Positions 1 to 10,600 of a DNA stretch of 64,000 nt are shown piece by piece. The stretch's first letter is position 1. The number at the start of each line of letters is the position of its first letter. Below the pieces are notes generated by a model. That model made no database searches, had not been told where the DNA came from, and saw only the letters and a list, made by a program, of their open reading frames with translations. Position numbers and translations under genes: made by a program. The DNA is taken from contig DAIDMR010000069.1 of assembly GCA_027448865.1 (NCBI GenBank), positions 23,931 to 87,930 on the forward strand, given 5' to 3'. This DNA comes from Vampirovibrio sp. (GTDB lineage: Bacteria > Cyanobacteriota > Vampirovibrionia > Vampirovibrionales > Vampirovibrionaceae).

Positions 1-1
1 G

Positions 2-130
2 TCCGGTCTTAACCCGGACGAAATGTTCCTGCTGGAAAGACAAAGCAAAATATACAAAGGGGACAAAATTAAATACAGGATGATGGATCCCCAAGCTGTA
101 ATCAACAACCTGGAATTGTATGCCAATTAA
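2..130 (+). CDS. 3' end of RND periplasmic adaptor (MFP) subunit, partial
   Basis: Frame 2 reads SGLNPDEMFLLERQSKIYKGDKIKYRMMDPQAVINNLELYAN*, resembling an MFP C-terminus; lies just upstream of the RND permease. Confidence 0.65.
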   Translation, partial: SGLNPDEMFLLERQSKIYKGDKIKYRMMDPQAVINNLELYAN

Positions 131-147
131 CTGAGATTTATATCACG

Positions 148-3100
148 ATGTTTCAGAATATACTCAAAAGACCGGTTTTAGGTCTGGTCATCTCAATATT
201 TATCGTATTTTTGGGCTGTCTTTCCATTCAACAACTGCCTATCTCACAGTTTCCACAAATTGCGCCCACAGTCGTCAACGTCTTTATTGCCTACCCGGGC
301 GCCAGTGCAGATGTCCTGACAAAATCCACGTTAATTCCACTGGAGGCGGCCATTAACGGCGTGCCAGGCATGCGCTACATGGCCTCCGACGCGACCAGTG
401 CTGGCGAGGCAACGTTGAGACTGGTTTTTGAACCCGGAACCGATCCAAACCAGGCCGTGGTCAATGTTAAAACACGGGTGGATAGGGTCATGACCTCCCT
501 GCCCGAGTTGGTGCAACGAGAGGGGGTCATCCTATTACCGCTCCAGCCCTCCATGTTGATGTACATCGATTTATATTCTGAATCCAAAAATATCGATCAA
601 AAATACCTTTTTAATTACGCCTACACCAAGCTGATTCCCGAGATTCAACGGATAAACGGGGTGGCCAACGCCAGTTTGCTGGGCACCAGAACCTACTCCA
701 TGAGAATATGGTTAAAGCCGGACAGAATGAGGGCGTACAGCATCTCTCCCGAAGAAGTGGTGAAGGCGGTTAGCGAACAAAGTATTATTGCCCGTCCCGG
801 CAGGTTGGGTCAGAGTTCCGGGAAAAAAGCCCAGTCAACTGAATACGTTCTTGACTATGAGGGTCGATACAATGAGCCCACACAATACGAGAACATCATT
901 ATCAAAAGCTCCGAGTTCGGAGAAATGGTCAAGCTCAGGGATGTCGCCGAGGTTGAACTGGGAAGCGAGTTTTATGACATCTATAACACGCTCGATGGCA
1001 AGCCGTCCGCCTCGCTCATACTAAAGCAAACGCCCAACAGCAATGGGGCAGCCGTCATCAAAAATATTAAGGAAAAGATAAAAGAGCTTGAAAAAGATTT
1101 TCCAGACGGCATCAAAGTCAAGTACAGTTATGATGTTTCCAAATTTCTGGACGCTTCGATTGAGCAGGTAGTGGATACCATCCGAGACGCGTTTATTTTG
1201 GTAACCCTGGTGGTATTTTTATTCCTGGGGGATTGGCGCTCAACCATCATTCCCATTATCGCGGTACCAATTTCACTGATTGGTGCCTTTTTTGTGCTGC
1301 TCTTATTCGGAATGTCCATCAACCTGATTACCCTGTTTGCGGTGGTTCTGGCCATTGGGATTGTGGTGGACGATGCCATAGTTGTGGTAGAAGCCGTCCA
1401 CAGTAAAATGGAGGAAGACCCCACACTTTCTCCCTACGCAGCCACCCAAAAAGCCATGAAGGAATTGGGGGGAGCCATTATTGCCATCACCCTGGTTATG
1501 ATTTCCGTATTCTGTCCGATTGCGTTTATGAGTGGCCCTGTGGGTGTATTTTACAGGCAATTTTCCATTACCATGGCCAGTTCCATTATTATTTCGGGCT
1601 TAGTGGCACTCACTCTGACGCCTGTACTGTGCGCGATGGTTCTCAGAAACCATGGCAGCCACGGCAATCACGCTAGCCACGGCGAAAAAGCCAGCCACAA
1701 AAAATCAAGGAATTTATTGAAACGCGGGATCGATCAATTCAATGTGCTTTTCGATCAATTGACGCAACGATACATGTGGCTCCTGGATAAAATTGTCACA
1801 AAGCGAGTCATAACCTTCGGTGTCATCGTATTATTTGCCATCGGGATTTTTATTTTTAACAAAATCGTCTCCTCAGGTTTTGTACCCAGCGAAGATCAAG
1901 GCACCATCTACGCAATCGTGCAAACGCCTCCGGGATCGACCCTGGAATACACCAATCAGGTCGTGAACCAGTTACAAAAAATTTCCGAAAAAGTAGAGGG
2001 GGTAGAGTCCGTCACCTCAATGGTGGGCTATGAGATTATGACGGAAGGCAGGGGCTCTAATGCGGGCACATGCCTTATCAATCTGAAAAACTGGGAAGAG
2101 AGAAAAGAAAGTGTGCATGACATCATTGAGGCGCTGGAGAAAAAGTCCGAAGCCCTGGGTGCCAAGGTGGAATTTTTTGAACCGCCTGCCATTCCCGGAT
2201 TCGGCACCTCTGGCGGGTTTTCCTTGCGTCTTCTCGACAAATCGGGTGAAACCAATTACCAAGAACTTGAAAAAGTGACCCAGGACTTCATGCGCAATCT
2301 GGAAAAGCGAAAAGAAATTCGAGGTCTGTTTACTTTTTACAACGCCACATACCCTCAATATAAAATCAAAATAGATAACCAATTGGCCATGCAAAAGGGC
2401 GTATCCATTAATAACGCCATGGAAAATTTGAATATTCTAATCAGCGGTTCCTATGAGCAGGGCTTTATCCGGTTTGGTCGCTTTTTCAAAGTGTTTACCC
2501 AGGCGGCTCCGGAGTACAGAAGGAATCTTGATGATCTGAACAATTATTTTGTTAAAAACGATCACGGCGAGATGGTTCCATACAGTTCATTTATGACCAC
2601 TGAAAAAACACAGGGAGCGAATGAGATTACTCGCTATAACCTGTATAACTCTGCCGTCATTCGGGGCTTTCCAGGTAATAACTACACCTCGGGCGATGCC
2701 ATTGACGCCATAAAAGACGTGGCTCTGAAAACCCTTCCCAGAGGCTACGATATTGCCTGGGAGGATCTCTCATACGATCAGGCCAAACGGGGAAATGAGT
2801 TTGCCGTTATCTCCCTGATAGTGGTGCTATTTGTTTATTTGGTATTAGCGGCTCAGTACGAGAGCTTTGTCTTACCCCTGGCAGTGCTATTGTCCTTGCC
2901 CATCGGGATTTTTGGGTCTTACTTCATGCTCAAGCTCATGGGGTTGGCAAACGATGTCTACGCACAGATCGCAATCATCACGCTCATCGGGCTTTTGGGT
3001 AAAAACGCGGTGTTGATTGTCGAGTTTGCGGTGCAAAAGCGCAATGAAGGCTTGTCCATACTGGAGGCTGCGCTTGAAGGGGCAAAAATGCGTTTCAGAC

Positions 3101-3441
3101 CGATTCTGATGACCTCCTTCGCCTTTATAGCCGGACTCCTGCCGCTGGTGTTATCGCACGGCGCGGGCGCGGTGGGAAACAGAACGCTTGGCTCTTCTGC
3201 CATGGGCGGTATGATTTCCGGGACCCTGATTGGCATCGTCATCATCCCCGGATTGTATTTTGCGTTTGCAACCCTGGTCGACGGAAAAAAGCTGTTGCAG
3301 GATGAAACTCAGACAACGTTGACAGAAGCAATCGTTGGCAAAAAGACCAGAAACAAGAAACAGTTCAAAATGCTCAAGCTCATGTTCAGGTTACTCATTC
3401 GTAAACTGAGAACCTCCAGACAAATCAACAAACCGGATTGA
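148..3441 (+). CDS. RND efflux permease, AcrB/HAE1 family
   Basis: 1097 aa; LPISQFPQIAP, GIVVDDAIVVVE, GKNAVLIVEFA and RFRPILMTS motifs. Confidence 0.95.
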   Translation: MFQNILKRPVLGLVISIFIVFLGCLSIQQLPISQFPQIAPTVVNVFIAYPGASADVLTKSTLIPLEAAINGVPGMRYMASDATSAGEATLRLVFEPGTDPNQAVVNVKTRVDRVMTSLPELVQREGVILLPLQPSMLMYIDLYSESKNIDQKYLFNYAYTKLIPEIQRINGVANASLLGTRTYSMRIWLKPDRMRAYSISPEEVVKAVSEQSIIARPGRLGQSSGKKAQSTEYVLDYEGRYNEPTQYENIIIKSSEFGEMVKLRDVAEVELGSEFYDIYNTLDGKPSASLILKQTPNSNGAAVIKNIKEKIKELEKDFPDGIKVKYSYDVSKFLDASIEQVVDTIRDAFILVTLVVFLFLGDWRSTIIPIIAVPISLIGAFFVLLLFGMSINLITLFAVVLAIGIVVDDAIVVVEAVHSKMEEDPTLSPYAATQKAMKELGGAIIAITLVMISVFCPIAFMSGPVGVFYRQFSITMASSIIISGLVALTLTPVLCAMVLRNHGSHGNHASHGEKASHKKSRNLLKRGIDQFNVLFDQLTQRYMWLLDKIVTKRVITFGVIVLFAIGIFIFNKIVSSGFVPSEDQGTIYAIVQTPPGSTLEYTNQVVNQLQKISEKVEGVESVTSMVGYEIMTEGRGSNAGTCLINLKNWEERKESVHDIIEALEKKSEALGAKVEFFEPPAIPGFGTSGGFSLRLLDKSGETNYQELEKVTQDFMRNLEKRKEIRGLFTFYNATYPQYKIKIDNQLAMQKGVSINNAMENLNILISGSYEQGFIRFGRFFKVFTQAAPEYRRNLDDLNNYFVKNDHGEMVPYSSFMTTEKTQGANEITRYNLYNSAVIRGFPGNNYTSGDAIDAIKDVALKTLPRGYDIAWEDLSYDQAKRGNEFAVISLIVVLFVYLVLAAQYESFVLPLAVLLSLPIGIFGSYFMLKLMGLANDVYAQIAIITLIGLLGKNAVLIVEFAVQKRNEGLSILEAALEGAKMRFRPILMTSFAFIAGLLPLVLSHGAGAVGNRTLGSSAMGGMISGTLIGIVIIPGLYFAFATLVDGKKLLQDETQTTLTEAIVGKKTRNKKQFKMLKLMFRLLIRKLRTSRQINKPD

Positions 3442-3481
3442 ACATCGAAAACACGGAACCATAGAAAATCAGGAAAACCCT

Positions 3482-4969
3482 ATGAAGTTCATAAAAATAA
3501 TTAGCCTTTTATCGGCACTAACGCTCTTTGTATTGAACACGCAAGAGCCTGTGCTTGCACGGTCCTGGTTTCACCCCCTCAATCTGGTACAAAAAGAGCC
3601 CAAGTTTAATGTTCCTGACAAGTATAGCTATGGCCAGTCCAACGAATACAAGAGCCCAGATGGCTTTGAGAGTGAAGGGCTGGAGAATGCGGCTCATGTC
3701 AGCTGGCGGGAATTTTTCTCAGATCCCTTCCTCATCCGTCTGATCGAAACAGCCCTGTCAAACAATCAGGAATTCAATATCTTTTTGCAAGATATTGAGA
3801 TTGCCAGAAATGAGGTCAAGGAGAAGCAAGCCGAGTACTTGCCCAAAGTAGGCATGGGGATGGGGATTGAAAACTATGCGGTGTCAAAAAATACACGGGA
3901 TGGGGTGTTAGACAAGATTATAGACAGAAACGACTTAACTTCCCGCAATCTGGCTTTGAATATAGGCCCGAACATGACTTGGGAACTGGATATATGGAAA
4001 AAATTAAGAAACGCAAAAGACGCGGCCAGAATGCGTCTCATGGCCCAATACGAGGGCCGGAATTATCTTATCTCACGATTGGTCGCTGAAATCGCCCGCT
4101 GTTATTATGAATTGATGGCTCTGGATAATTCCCTGAAAATATTGGATGAAAATATTCAAATTCAGGAAAAAGCCTTTCTTAAAATGAAGTTGCTGAAAGA
4201 ATATGCCAAAGCCAATAACCTGGCGGTGAATCGGTTTGAAGCACAGTTGTTGAAAACTAAAAGCCAGCGGTTTGAAATAAGCCAAAAAATCGTGGAAAAA
4301 GAAAATCGTCTGAAGTTTTTGTCGGGCATGTACGATAGCGCCCCCATCCCCAGAAACTCCGAAAAACTAATGGCCATGCAGGTTGATGAATTACAGGTCG
4401 GTGTTCCCACTCAACTTTTAGAAAACAGGCCTGATATTCGTCAGGCGGAATTTGCCATCAAGGCGGCAAAACTGGATCTAAAAAGTGTCCAGGCCAGTTT
4501 ATACCCCAGCCTGAGTATTAACGCGACAACTGGTTTTTCAGCGTTTGGCTCCGCTTTGCTGTTCAATCCCAAATCCCTGGTTTACAATTTAATGGGGGAT
4601 TTGACGGCGCCTCTCATCAACAGGAAAGCCATCATCGCCAGAATCGCGATTGCAGACTCTTATCAGACGCAAGTGGTATTAAACTACGAGCAAACCCTTT
4701 TGCAGGCCTACACAGAAGTGCTGAATCAAATGTTAAACATCCGAAACATACAACAAAGTTTTGAGACCAAACAAAGAGAAGTGCGCTTATTGGATACTTC
4801 TGTAGACATTGCCAATAATTTATTTCAATACGCCAAGGCCGATTATGTGGAAGTGCTGCTGACACAAGAAGAAAAACTCAATGCTGAAAAGGAATTGGTG
4901 GAGTTGAAAATGAATTTAATCGGCTCCAAAGTCGATCTGTATCGAGCATTGGGAGGGGGCTGGCGATAA
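3482..4969 (+). CDS. Outer-membrane efflux factor, TolC/NodT family
   Basis: WELDIW, PTQLLENRPDIRQAE and C-terminal LYRALGGGW. Confidence 0.93.
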   Translation: MKFIKIISLLSALTLFVLNTQEPVLARSWFHPLNLVQKEPKFNVPDKYSYGQSNEYKSPDGFESEGLENAAHVSWREFFSDPFLIRLIETALSNNQEFNIFLQDIEIARNEVKEKQAEYLPKVGMGMGIENYAVSKNTRDGVLDKIIDRNDLTSRNLALNIGPNMTWELDIWKKLRNAKDAARMRLMAQYEGRNYLISRLVAEIARCYYELMALDNSLKILDENIQIQEKAFLKMKLLKEYAKANNLAVNRFEAQLLKTKSQRFEISQKIVEKENRLKFLSGMYDSAPIPRNSEKLMAMQVDELQVGVPTQLLENRPDIRQAEFAIKAAKLDLKSVQASLYPSLSINATTGFSAFGSALLFNPKSLVYNLMGDLTAPLINRKAIIARIAIADSYQTQVVLNYEQTLLQAYTEVLNQMLNIRNIQQSFETKQREVRLLDTSVDIANNLFQYAKADYVEVLLTQEEKLNAEKELVELKMNLIGSKVDLYRALGGGWR

Positions 4970-4991
4970 TAGTGCAGGGCCTTACAGAGAT

Positions 4992-6614
4992 CTAACTTCT
5001 TGGGGTAATCAATTCGACCGGGGCCACTTCATAAATTCTTTTACTCACATTGTCGGCCAAAAACAAGCGATGAAGCACCGGATCATAGGTCAGCCCAAAC
5101 TGGCCGGCGGTTCCGGTAGCCGTACTGCCCAAATCGGTGAGGTTAATGGAGAGATACGGGGTCATGGCCAAGCTATAGCTGCCAGTGCGAGGAATCCGGT
5201 ACAGATCCAGGTAATTATTACCACCGGATGCATACACCTGATTGCGCACAATTAGAAAATCACCGGTGGTCGGCTCAATTTCAAAGCCGCCTATTTGCGA
5301 AGCGGTAGCGATGGCGCTGGGTAATTGCCACTTGTTACCAGTTTCGGTCTGGGGCGCGGTGGAGTCCGGGCCGTTCAACTCCACGATTTTGAAAAACCCG
5401 TCATTATCCACCCGTGTAATGTAAAGTCGTCGGTTGTTGGGATTAAAAGCCATAAAAAGCCTGCTGGACTGGGCCGTTACAAAGGTGGCGGCAGCGCCGC
5501 CCGCCACTTCGGTCAGGGGACTGATACTGTTCAGGTTATAGCGATGATAGCGTTCGCTGGTGGTATTACTAATGGCGTGAAGTGTGTTGCCGTCATCTTC
5601 AATGGCCACCCCTCTGGCGGGATATTTTCCGTCATTTAGGGCGTAAGGCTGATTGATAAATACCCCGTTGCGCTCGGTGGTGTAAAGAATGGAATGCGAG
5701 TCACTGCCGATGATCAACCGATCATGGGCGGAATCCCAGGCCAAATCCACAGTGTTAAAGCCAGCGGGCCACATGTTATTGACCGTGCTGTCAAACGAAA
5801 AAGACTGCACCAACTGGGTGTCTTTCACCCCCGGGGCCACCGCCGCCAGATTACTGCGCACCGGGCCCGGGGCCACGGCAATAAAAATATACTGGGGCAG
5901 GGTACGCATCGTTTCGGGTCTACCGGTGCCGGTGGTGAAGTTAAAGTTATTCAATACAACCTTACTGGAATAGGTGGGATTTAAGGAATTGGCGGTTACC
6001 CCGAACCATGAATTTGCAGCGGTACCACAATTCACCTGAGTCTGGGTGGTGTCACCGCTACCCAGCACCCCGTTGGCGTTGTTATCCAAGTAATCAATAC
6101 AATTGTTGGCAGAATGGGCAAACAAAAACCGGGGCCCGCTGGCATTGACCAACCGGTACTTGTTAAAGCCGGAAATGCGGTAAGGGGAGCCCCAGGTGGC
6201 CCCGCCATCGTCGGAACGTTTGAGATAGGGAAACGTCCCTCCGGACTGCTGTAAGGGACAGGTGGTATCGGTACTGGCCGCTTGCACGCTGCTGTAATAA
6301 CAGATGCCGTACACTTTTTTAACCGCATCGCCGGTGCTGGGATCATAGGTGGTGTATTCCAACCGGTTCCGGAAGGAATTGGGACTGATGTAGGCCCCTC
6401 GGTGCAAATCCTCCCGGATGTCATCGATCAGGCTGTGTACTTCGCTGGCCAGCTTGAACCGGTCGTTAAGGGAGACGGAACGAAGATTGGCCCCAAAGAG
6501 CAAGTTCCCCATGGAGAGCAATACAAAGCCCATCAGGGCCATGGCAATCAGCATTTCCACCAGGGTTAAGCCCGGCTGTCTTTTTTGAACCGTCAAACGC
6601 TGAAAGCAGGCCAT
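4992..6614 (-). CDS. Prepilin-type (PilW/GspJ-like) protein with Asp-box and C-terminal beta-propeller
   Basis: KRQPG/LTLVEMLIAMAL class III signal with Glu5; SDDGGATW Asp-box; blade-like repeats DLAWD, GVAIED, MAFNP, GFEIEP, GLTYDP. ATG 6614 preferred (ORF extends to 6665). Confidence 0.75.
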   Translation of the reverse strand: MACFQRLTVQKRQPGLTLVEMLIAMALMGFVLLSMGNLLFGANLRSVSLNDRFKLASEVHSLIDDIREDLHRGAYISPNSFRNRLEYTTYDPSTGDAVKKVYGICYYSSVQAASTDTTCPLQQSGGTFPYLKRSDDGGATWGSPYRISGFNKYRLVNASGPRFLFAHSANNCIDYLDNNANGVLGSGDTTQTQVNCGTAANSWFGVTANSLNPTYSSKVVLNNFNFTTGTGRPETMRTLPQYIFIAVAPGPVRSNLAAVAPGVKDTQLVQSFSFDSTVNNMWPAGFNTVDLAWDSAHDRLIIGSDSHSILYTTERNGVFINQPYALNDGKYPARGVAIEDDGNTLHAISNTTSERYHRYNLNSISPLTEVAGGAAATFVTAQSSRLFMAFNPNNRRLYITRVDNDGFFKIVELNGPDSTAPQTETGNKWQLPSAIATASQIGGFEIEPTTGDFLIVRNQVYASGGNNYLDLYRIPRTGSYSLAMTPYLSINLTDLGSTATGTAGQFGLTYDPVLHRLFLADNVSKRIYEVAPVELITPRS

Positions 6615-6618
6615 GGGG

Positions 6619-7566
6619 TTAAGTCCTTTTCTTAATGGAAAGCGCCTGAATGTAGGGATCGTCATTGGTCGTGTTACTGTTGGGAGCTATCGTGATGTCC
6701 AGATTGCCATCGGTGACCACCACGTCAAACATTTGCACATTGGCGCAAAAAGTTTGGTTGCCACAATATTGGGGGGCAAAATATGGATTACCCGGATTCA
6801 TTAACTTCCCTTCCAGGAAGATGTCCATAAGCCGAAGTACCGCCGCGTTGTTTTCAACAAAATAGAGCTTGACCGTATATAAACCTGTGGATACGGGAGC
6901 AGTATAGGTGATGGAGCCCGTGCTGTTTACCCACCAGCCACCCCGATAAATATCGGCATCCCGGTGAGAGGGCAGGTTAGTGATGGGCTGGGTTGGATAA
7001 TTGGTATACAAGCTGCTGGCGTTATTAATGCCGGGTACCATGGCAGCCCCATTGTAGAGAACCCATGGATTCCACCACTGCCCGGAGGAGTCCATGTAGC
7101 CTGCCTGCGGGGTGTCAAAGCGAACCCGCAGAGTGTTGCGGGTCTGAATGACCTTGGTGCTGTAGCGGGGGGCGTTAGCCGCATCGGCAGCGGTGTTGTA
7201 CAGGTAGTAAAACACCGTTTTCTGGAAGCTGTCCGAGGCCCCGGCATTGGTGGTATCCACCACGGAGCGCCAGGGAATGACCTGCCCGGATTCGGTGGTG
7301 TCGGTATTCATGGCGGCAAGGTTGTATACGGGGACAAAATTATTCCGATCCACGTTCATTTCATCCTGCAGGCTATTCAGCAAAATGCTGCGGGTAGACT
7401 GCAAGTACACGTCGCGGGCGTTTTGGCCGGTTCGGGTCAGCATGAGGGCACAAGGCAGAATGGTGGCCGACAGCATGGTGATCATCAACAGCACTTCCAG
7501 CAGGGAAAGACCCTTGGCGGCCCTTTGGGATGGCCTGGCCTGCTTCAGTGGTGTCTCGATGTCCAT
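6619..7566 (-). CDS. Prepilin-type (PilV/GspI-like) protein with C-terminal malectin-like domain
   Basis: AAKG/LSLLEVLLMI class III signal; GLYTVKLYFVE...RLMDIFLEG...VVVTDGNLDI...PYIQALSI matches the malectin pattern. Confidence 0.75.
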   Translation of the reverse strand: MDIETPLKQARPSQRAAKGLSLLEVLLMITMLSATILPCALMLTRTGQNARDVYLQSTRSILLNSLQDEMNVDRNNFVPVYNLAAMNTDTTESGQVIPWRSVVDTTNAGASDSFQKTVFYYLYNTAADAANAPRYSTKVIQTRNTLRVRFDTPQAGYMDSSGQWWNPWVLYNGAAMVPGINNASSLYTNYPTQPITNLPSHRDADIYRGGWWVNSTGSITYTAPVSTGLYTVKLYFVENNAAVLRLMDIFLEGKLMNPGNPYFAPQYCGNQTFCANVQMFDVVVTDGNLDITIAPNSNTTNDDPYIQALSIKKRT

Positions 7567-7644
7567 GGGTTGCTTGTCCTCTCGACTCCGGTTAAAGGGT
7601 TTGGTAGAGCTTGGTAGAGATTAATGGAGAAGTTTCCTGAAGTG

Positions 7645-10600
7645 TCAGGGGGTGCCGTAGTAACTGCGCTGATCCTGTTCCAGCATAGCCAGTTGAGTCC
7701 CGCTCATGGCGTTGGGATACAGAATGACCTCGCTGACCCCCCCGGCCCAGAGGTCACCGAGGAAGAGAAAGGGCGCCACCCCCAGCCAGAGCCGGTTGAT
7801 GCCGAAGGCACCGCTGCTGGCCACAGAGGTGCCATAGACTCCATTGACGCGAATTTCATGGAAACTGCCGTTAAAAACGGACGTGGCCTGAAAGGGCTGG
7901 TTCAGGGTAAAGGCCGGGGATATGCCCAGCGTGGCGTTATTCCGGTAACTAAACAACTGGTTGGTACTGCCGTAACGGCGCAGAAAGGAAGCCGATTCCG
8001 GCGTGGCGTAATCATAGACGTCCGAACTTTTGTTGCCACCAAACAGCCTGCCAGCAGTACCCGTAGAACCGTCCATGCTGGCCACCACCAGCGCTCTGGC
8101 ATTGGTGCCGGTAAAGTTGAGGGTGCCGGCAGTGTTCATGCAGTTGTTTAAACCGTTAAACTGAATGGCGGGGCGACCCGTTTTTCTATCCAGCCGAATC
8201 ACCGGCTGTAATTCCCGAACGCCTTGCCTGAAATTGAAGCCATTGCCGCTTTGGTCGTACCATGTGGTCACAAAACCGGTGTCCGGAACCTTGTCGTTGA
8301 TGTTGTAATAGGCCATTTGATTGCCTTCCAGACGATTTCGTGTGGCGGTGGTAACGCTGGTGTTATAAATAATCAGTTCTGACATGGCCGCACTGGCACC
8401 GGGATAAAAACCAATCTCGTTATGCCCCAGAACAGCCACTCCCTGTGGGGTAATATCCGTATCGGTGTCCGGTGTGGAAGCATCCACAAGGCCATTGACA
8501 AACAAGCTATAGTCGATCCCCCGGTTTCGTTGAAAGGAAACCAGTTGACCCGTACCATCACTGGGAATGGTATAAGAACCTGTCCGCACAGTTTGATTGG
8601 TTCCATCATTCCGGCGTGTCACAAGCGCAAATTTCCCGGAAGACTTTATTAAACCCACAATTGGATTGCTATTGCCAGCGGGATTACGATCCAGGAAGTT
8701 CGCAGTATCAACACTGCCATAGTCGGCCAGTATAGTGGAATACCACCACCCACCGGTTCCCGCCATGAGATTTGTACCCGACCCCAGCAAAATCCGACTG
8801 CCTATGTTACGCATGGCAGGTCGCCCATTAATGGTATCCAAAACCCCGGCATTCGTAATGCGAGGCTGATTGGCTGCGGTGGGCTGGGTCAGGTGCCGGT
8901 TATTCCCGCTTTGGTCATACCAGATGGAGACAAAACAACTGCTGATGCCGCAAAACTTGAACAAGTTTGCGAGATCCAGATTTCCTTTGGAATCAAAACC
9001 AATAATCTGGGTGCTGTTATCACTGCTGCGACGCACCTGAATAGCTTTATCATCATCAGTTGTCCCGGTATTGTCCGTAATTAATCTGCGTAAGCCGTAA
9101 GCGGCGGTGGCACTGGGTACGGTTACCAGCGGCGGGGTATAGCCCGGGTCCTCCAGAGTGAGCTGGTAATAGCGAGCATCGTCGTTCTCCAGAATTTGCC
9201 GTTCGGCGGTGGTTAAATCAGTCGGGTATTGAATCCATTCCCCCACAGCCCCTTTAAAATAGCCGTAGGGCGCATGGACAGTCGGCGGGCCGCCGATGAA
9301 TACGGGGGTAAATAAATCCCCTCGTAACGATGTAAATCCCACGTCGACCAGTTTACTATTGACAAAGAGAAAAGGCTGCTTGTTGATGTAGTTGTACGAT
9401 ACTATAAGACCATCGTTGTTATTGGGGCTGATGCTGGCGTTGGCAAGGCATGGCATGTAAGAGTTCCCATGCTCATAGACACCCACCCCATTTTCCCCCA
9501 GCGAGATCCCCGAACCGGCGTTGACTGCTCCCCCTTGGGGGGGACTGAGCAGATACTTTTGACCACCAGTCCCCGACGAACCGCTGGTTGCTTTGGACTG
9601 CAAGGTAATGCTTGCCCCGGCGTCCACCTGAGCGACCACAAGATTGAAGGAACTGTTGGCTAAATTGTTGGTGGCTCCAGCAATGGCGTCATCCACACCA
9701 TCAAATCGAAGGGCCACCCGGCCATTGATCATCTCCAGGGCCCCGGCATTCACAATACGGGGTTGCGCGGTCAGTGTGGACTGGGTGGCATTTCGGCCAT
9801 TGCCGCTCTGGTCATACCAGGTGGTTACAAAACAACTATCCGTCTTGCAAAAGCTGAGCAAGGAGGGCGTGTCCAAATCCCCATTGGGCAAAAAGCCGAT
9901 GTTGGTGGTCGTGTCATCGCTACTGCGCCTGACGATAATGGCGTTGCCCGTGTAGGCGGTGTTGATTTTCCTTAAACTATAAGCCCGAAATGCGCCAGTC
10001 ACCCGATCCAGCGGTTTGGGGTAGGTGGTCAGGTTATCATTCAGGAAAGTCATCAAGGCGGGCATGTCCAAATCGCCATTGGGTAAAAACCCGATATCTG
10101 TTTCGGCGTTGTCACTGCCGCGCCGCACCCGAATGGCCCGGGTAATGGCGGCGTCGCTGGTCAGTCGGCGCATGCCATAAGCGGCGGTGGCCCCTGCAAT
10201 GTTGTTGAATGCCATTGGGTAAATGTCGCGCGTCAGGGTCAATAACTGGCTGACGCTGGACTGGCTGCTCCCCACCGTGGCCGTTACCACAACCAGCACG
10301 GTGTTACCATTCACATAACTGACCCGGCTGGTGTAAGAGCCAACCGAGCGGGTAGCCCCAGCCAGACTGTCGGGGCTCTGGGGCATGAGGACATAGGCCG
10401 GATCATTAGTGGAGTTGAAAGAAGCGCCCGCGGCAATGGTTTGCCCGGTATTGTATGAGGTCTGAAGCCGAGCGGTCACCGCCCTCATCCCGCTTTTGGC
10501 CAGTTCCTCTGCCGCCAGGCGGTTCTGGCTGGCGCTGCCCATAACAATGGCTGACAAAGGGCCGCTCATTAATTGCAAAGAGGCGCCAATGGCCATGGTG

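Noticed and set aside
6964..8151. Plus-strand ORFs of 217 and 175 aa
   Set aside because: Antisense shadows of the pilin-like genes; no recognisable motifs
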